From assembly GCA_002269645.1 (NCBI GenBank), contig NIVC01000024.1, positions 434,001 through 498,000 on the forward strand: a DNA stretch of 64,000 nucleotides. Reading direction: 5' to 3'. Both the position numbers and the translations under genes were made by a program. The notes beneath the pieces are model-generated. The model did not search any database. It was not told the DNA's origin and saw only the letters and a list, made by a program, of their open reading frames with translations. Shown piece after piece: positions 61,820-64,000 of this stretch. Position 1 is the stretch's first letter; each line of letters starts with the position of its first letter. The stretch comes from Macrostomum lignano. Lineage: Eukaryota.

Positions 61820-64000
61820 TAATTTTAGCGCCATCATAGACACTAATTTGGCGCTATTGGACACTAATTTTAGCGCCACCATGGACACTAATTTTAGCGC
61901 CACCATGAAGTCTAATTTTAGCACCACAATGGACACTAATTTTAGCGCCACCATGGACACTAATTTTAGCGCCACCATGAAGTCTAATTTTAGCACCACA
62001 ATGGACACTAATTTTAGCGCCACCATGGACACTGATTTTAGCGCCACAATGGACACTAATTTTAGCGCCACCATGGACACTAATTTTAGCACCACAATGG
62101 ACACTAATTTTAGCGCCACCATGGACACTGATTTTAGCGCCACAATGGACACTAATTTTAGCGCCACCATGGACACTAAATTTAGCGCCACCATGGACAC
62201 TGATTTTAGCGCCACAATGGGCACTAATTTTAGCGCCACCATGAAATCTAATTTTAGCACCACAATGGACACTAATTTTAGCGCCATGATGGACACTAAT
62301 TTTAGCGCCACCATGAAGTCTAATTTTAGCGCCACCATGGACACTGATTTTAGCGCCACAATGGACACTAATTTTAGCACCACAATGGACACTAATTTTA
62401 GCGCCACCATGGACACTAATTTTAGCGCCACCATGGACACTAATTTTAGCGCAATCATGGACACTGATTTTAGCGCCATCATGGACACTGATTTTAGCGC
62501 CAACATGGACACTAATTTTAGCGCCATCATGGACACTGATTTTAGCGCCACCATGGACACTGATTTTAGCGCCACCATGGACACTGATTTTAGCGCCACC
62601 ATGGACACCAAATTTAGCGCCACCATGGACACTAATTTTAGCGCCACCATGGACACTAATTTTAGCGCCATCATGGACACTAATTTTAGCGCCATGATGG
62701 ACACTAATTTTAGCGCCACCATGGACACTAATTTTAGCGCCATTATGGACACCAAATTTAGCGCCACCATGGACACTAATTTTAGCGCCATGATGGACAC
62801 TAATTTTAGCGCCATGATGGACACTGATTTTAGCGCCACCATGGACACTAATTTTAGCACCACCATGGACACTAATTTTAGCACCGTCATGGACACTGAT
62901 TTTAGCGCCACAATGGACACTAATTTTAGCACCGTCATGGACACTAATTTTAGTGCCACCATGGACACTAATTTTAGCACCACAATGGACACTAATTTTA
63001 GCGCCACCATGGACACTGATTTTAGCGCCACAATGGGCACTAATTTTAGCGCCACCATGAAATCTAATTTTAGCACCACAATGGACACTAATTTTAGCGC
63101 CATGATGGACACTAATTTTAGCGCCATGATGGACACTAATTTTAGCGCCATGATGGACACTAATTTTAGCGCTATGATGGACACTAATTTTAGCGCCATG
63201 ATGGACACTAAATTTAGCGCCACCATGAAGTCTAATTTTAGCGCCACCATGGACACTGATTTTAGCGCCACCATGGACACTAATTTTAGCGCCACCATGA
63301 AATCTAATTTTAGCACCACAATGGACACTAATTTTAGCGCCATGATGGACACTAATTTTAGCGCCATGATGGACACTAATTTTAGCGCCACCATGAAGTC
63401 TAATTTTAGCGCCACCATGGACACTGATTTTAGCGCCACGATGGACACTAATTTTAGCGCCACAATGGACACTAATTTTAGCGCCACCATGGACACTAAT
63501 TTTAGCGCCATCATGGACACTGATTTTAGCGCCATCATGGACACTGATTTTAGCGCCAACATGGACACTAATTTTTGCGCCATCATGGACACTGATTTTA
63601 GCGCCACCATGGACACTGATTTTAGCGCCACCATGGACACTGATTTTAGCGCCACCATGGACACCAAATTTAGCGCCACCATGGACACTAATTTTAGCGC
63701 CACCATGGACACTAATTTTAGCGCCATCATGGACACTGATTTTAGCGCCATCATGGACACCAAATTTAGCGCCACCATGGACACTAATTTTAGCGCCATG
63801 ATGGACACTAATTTTAGCGCCATGATGGACACTAATTTTAGCGCCACCATGGACACTGATTTTAGCGCCACAATGGACACTAATTTTAGCACCGTCATGG
63901 ACACTAATTTTAGCACCGTCATGGACACTAATTTTAGCGCCATGATGGACACTGATTTTAGCGCCACCATGGACACTGATTTTAGCACCGTCATGGACAC
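61820..64000. repeat. Minisatellite, 24-bp unit (GGACACTAATTTTAGCGCCACCAT), runs off the window edge
   Basis: About 90 units; source of the 742-aa MVALKLVS pseudo-ORF. Confidence 0.95.

Noticed and set aside
61772-64000. 742-aa ORF (MVALKLVS)n
   Set aside because: Stays open only because the 24-bp unit has no stop in that frame; no non-repeat domain or splice support.

Overview
Eukaryotic, intron-containing and extremely repeat-rich animal DNA. I infer a free-living flatworm such as Macrostomum from the p40-type two-domain sHSP, tincar, GC3-rich poly-Gln/Ala exons and heavy satellite load; this is not proven. Genes I can build with in-phase GT-AG junctions: one GPSM/pins exon, two tandem THAP-domain genes, SLC35B2, a double alpha-crystallin sHSP, tincar, an otopetrin, a secreted Cys-free helical repeat protein built from duplicated exons, MRPL13 and a tRNA-Cys(GCA). 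Mobile DNA includes two copies of a tRNA-derived SINE, a decayed Penelope-like retroelement ending in a minimal hammerhead ribozyme, a second hammerhead inside a perfect 76-bp palindrome nested in a MITE, a mariner-type MITE and a LINE 3' fragment. Roughly a third of the window is micro/minisatellite, which explains most long ORFs in the track. The most striking unexplained signal is a strongly one-directional C>T/G>A mutation load, at CpA/TpG as well as CpG, in the SINE copy at 2.3 kb relative to its sister at 47.5 kb. This resembles fungal repeat-induced point mutation (RIP). All alignments and counts were done by eye.
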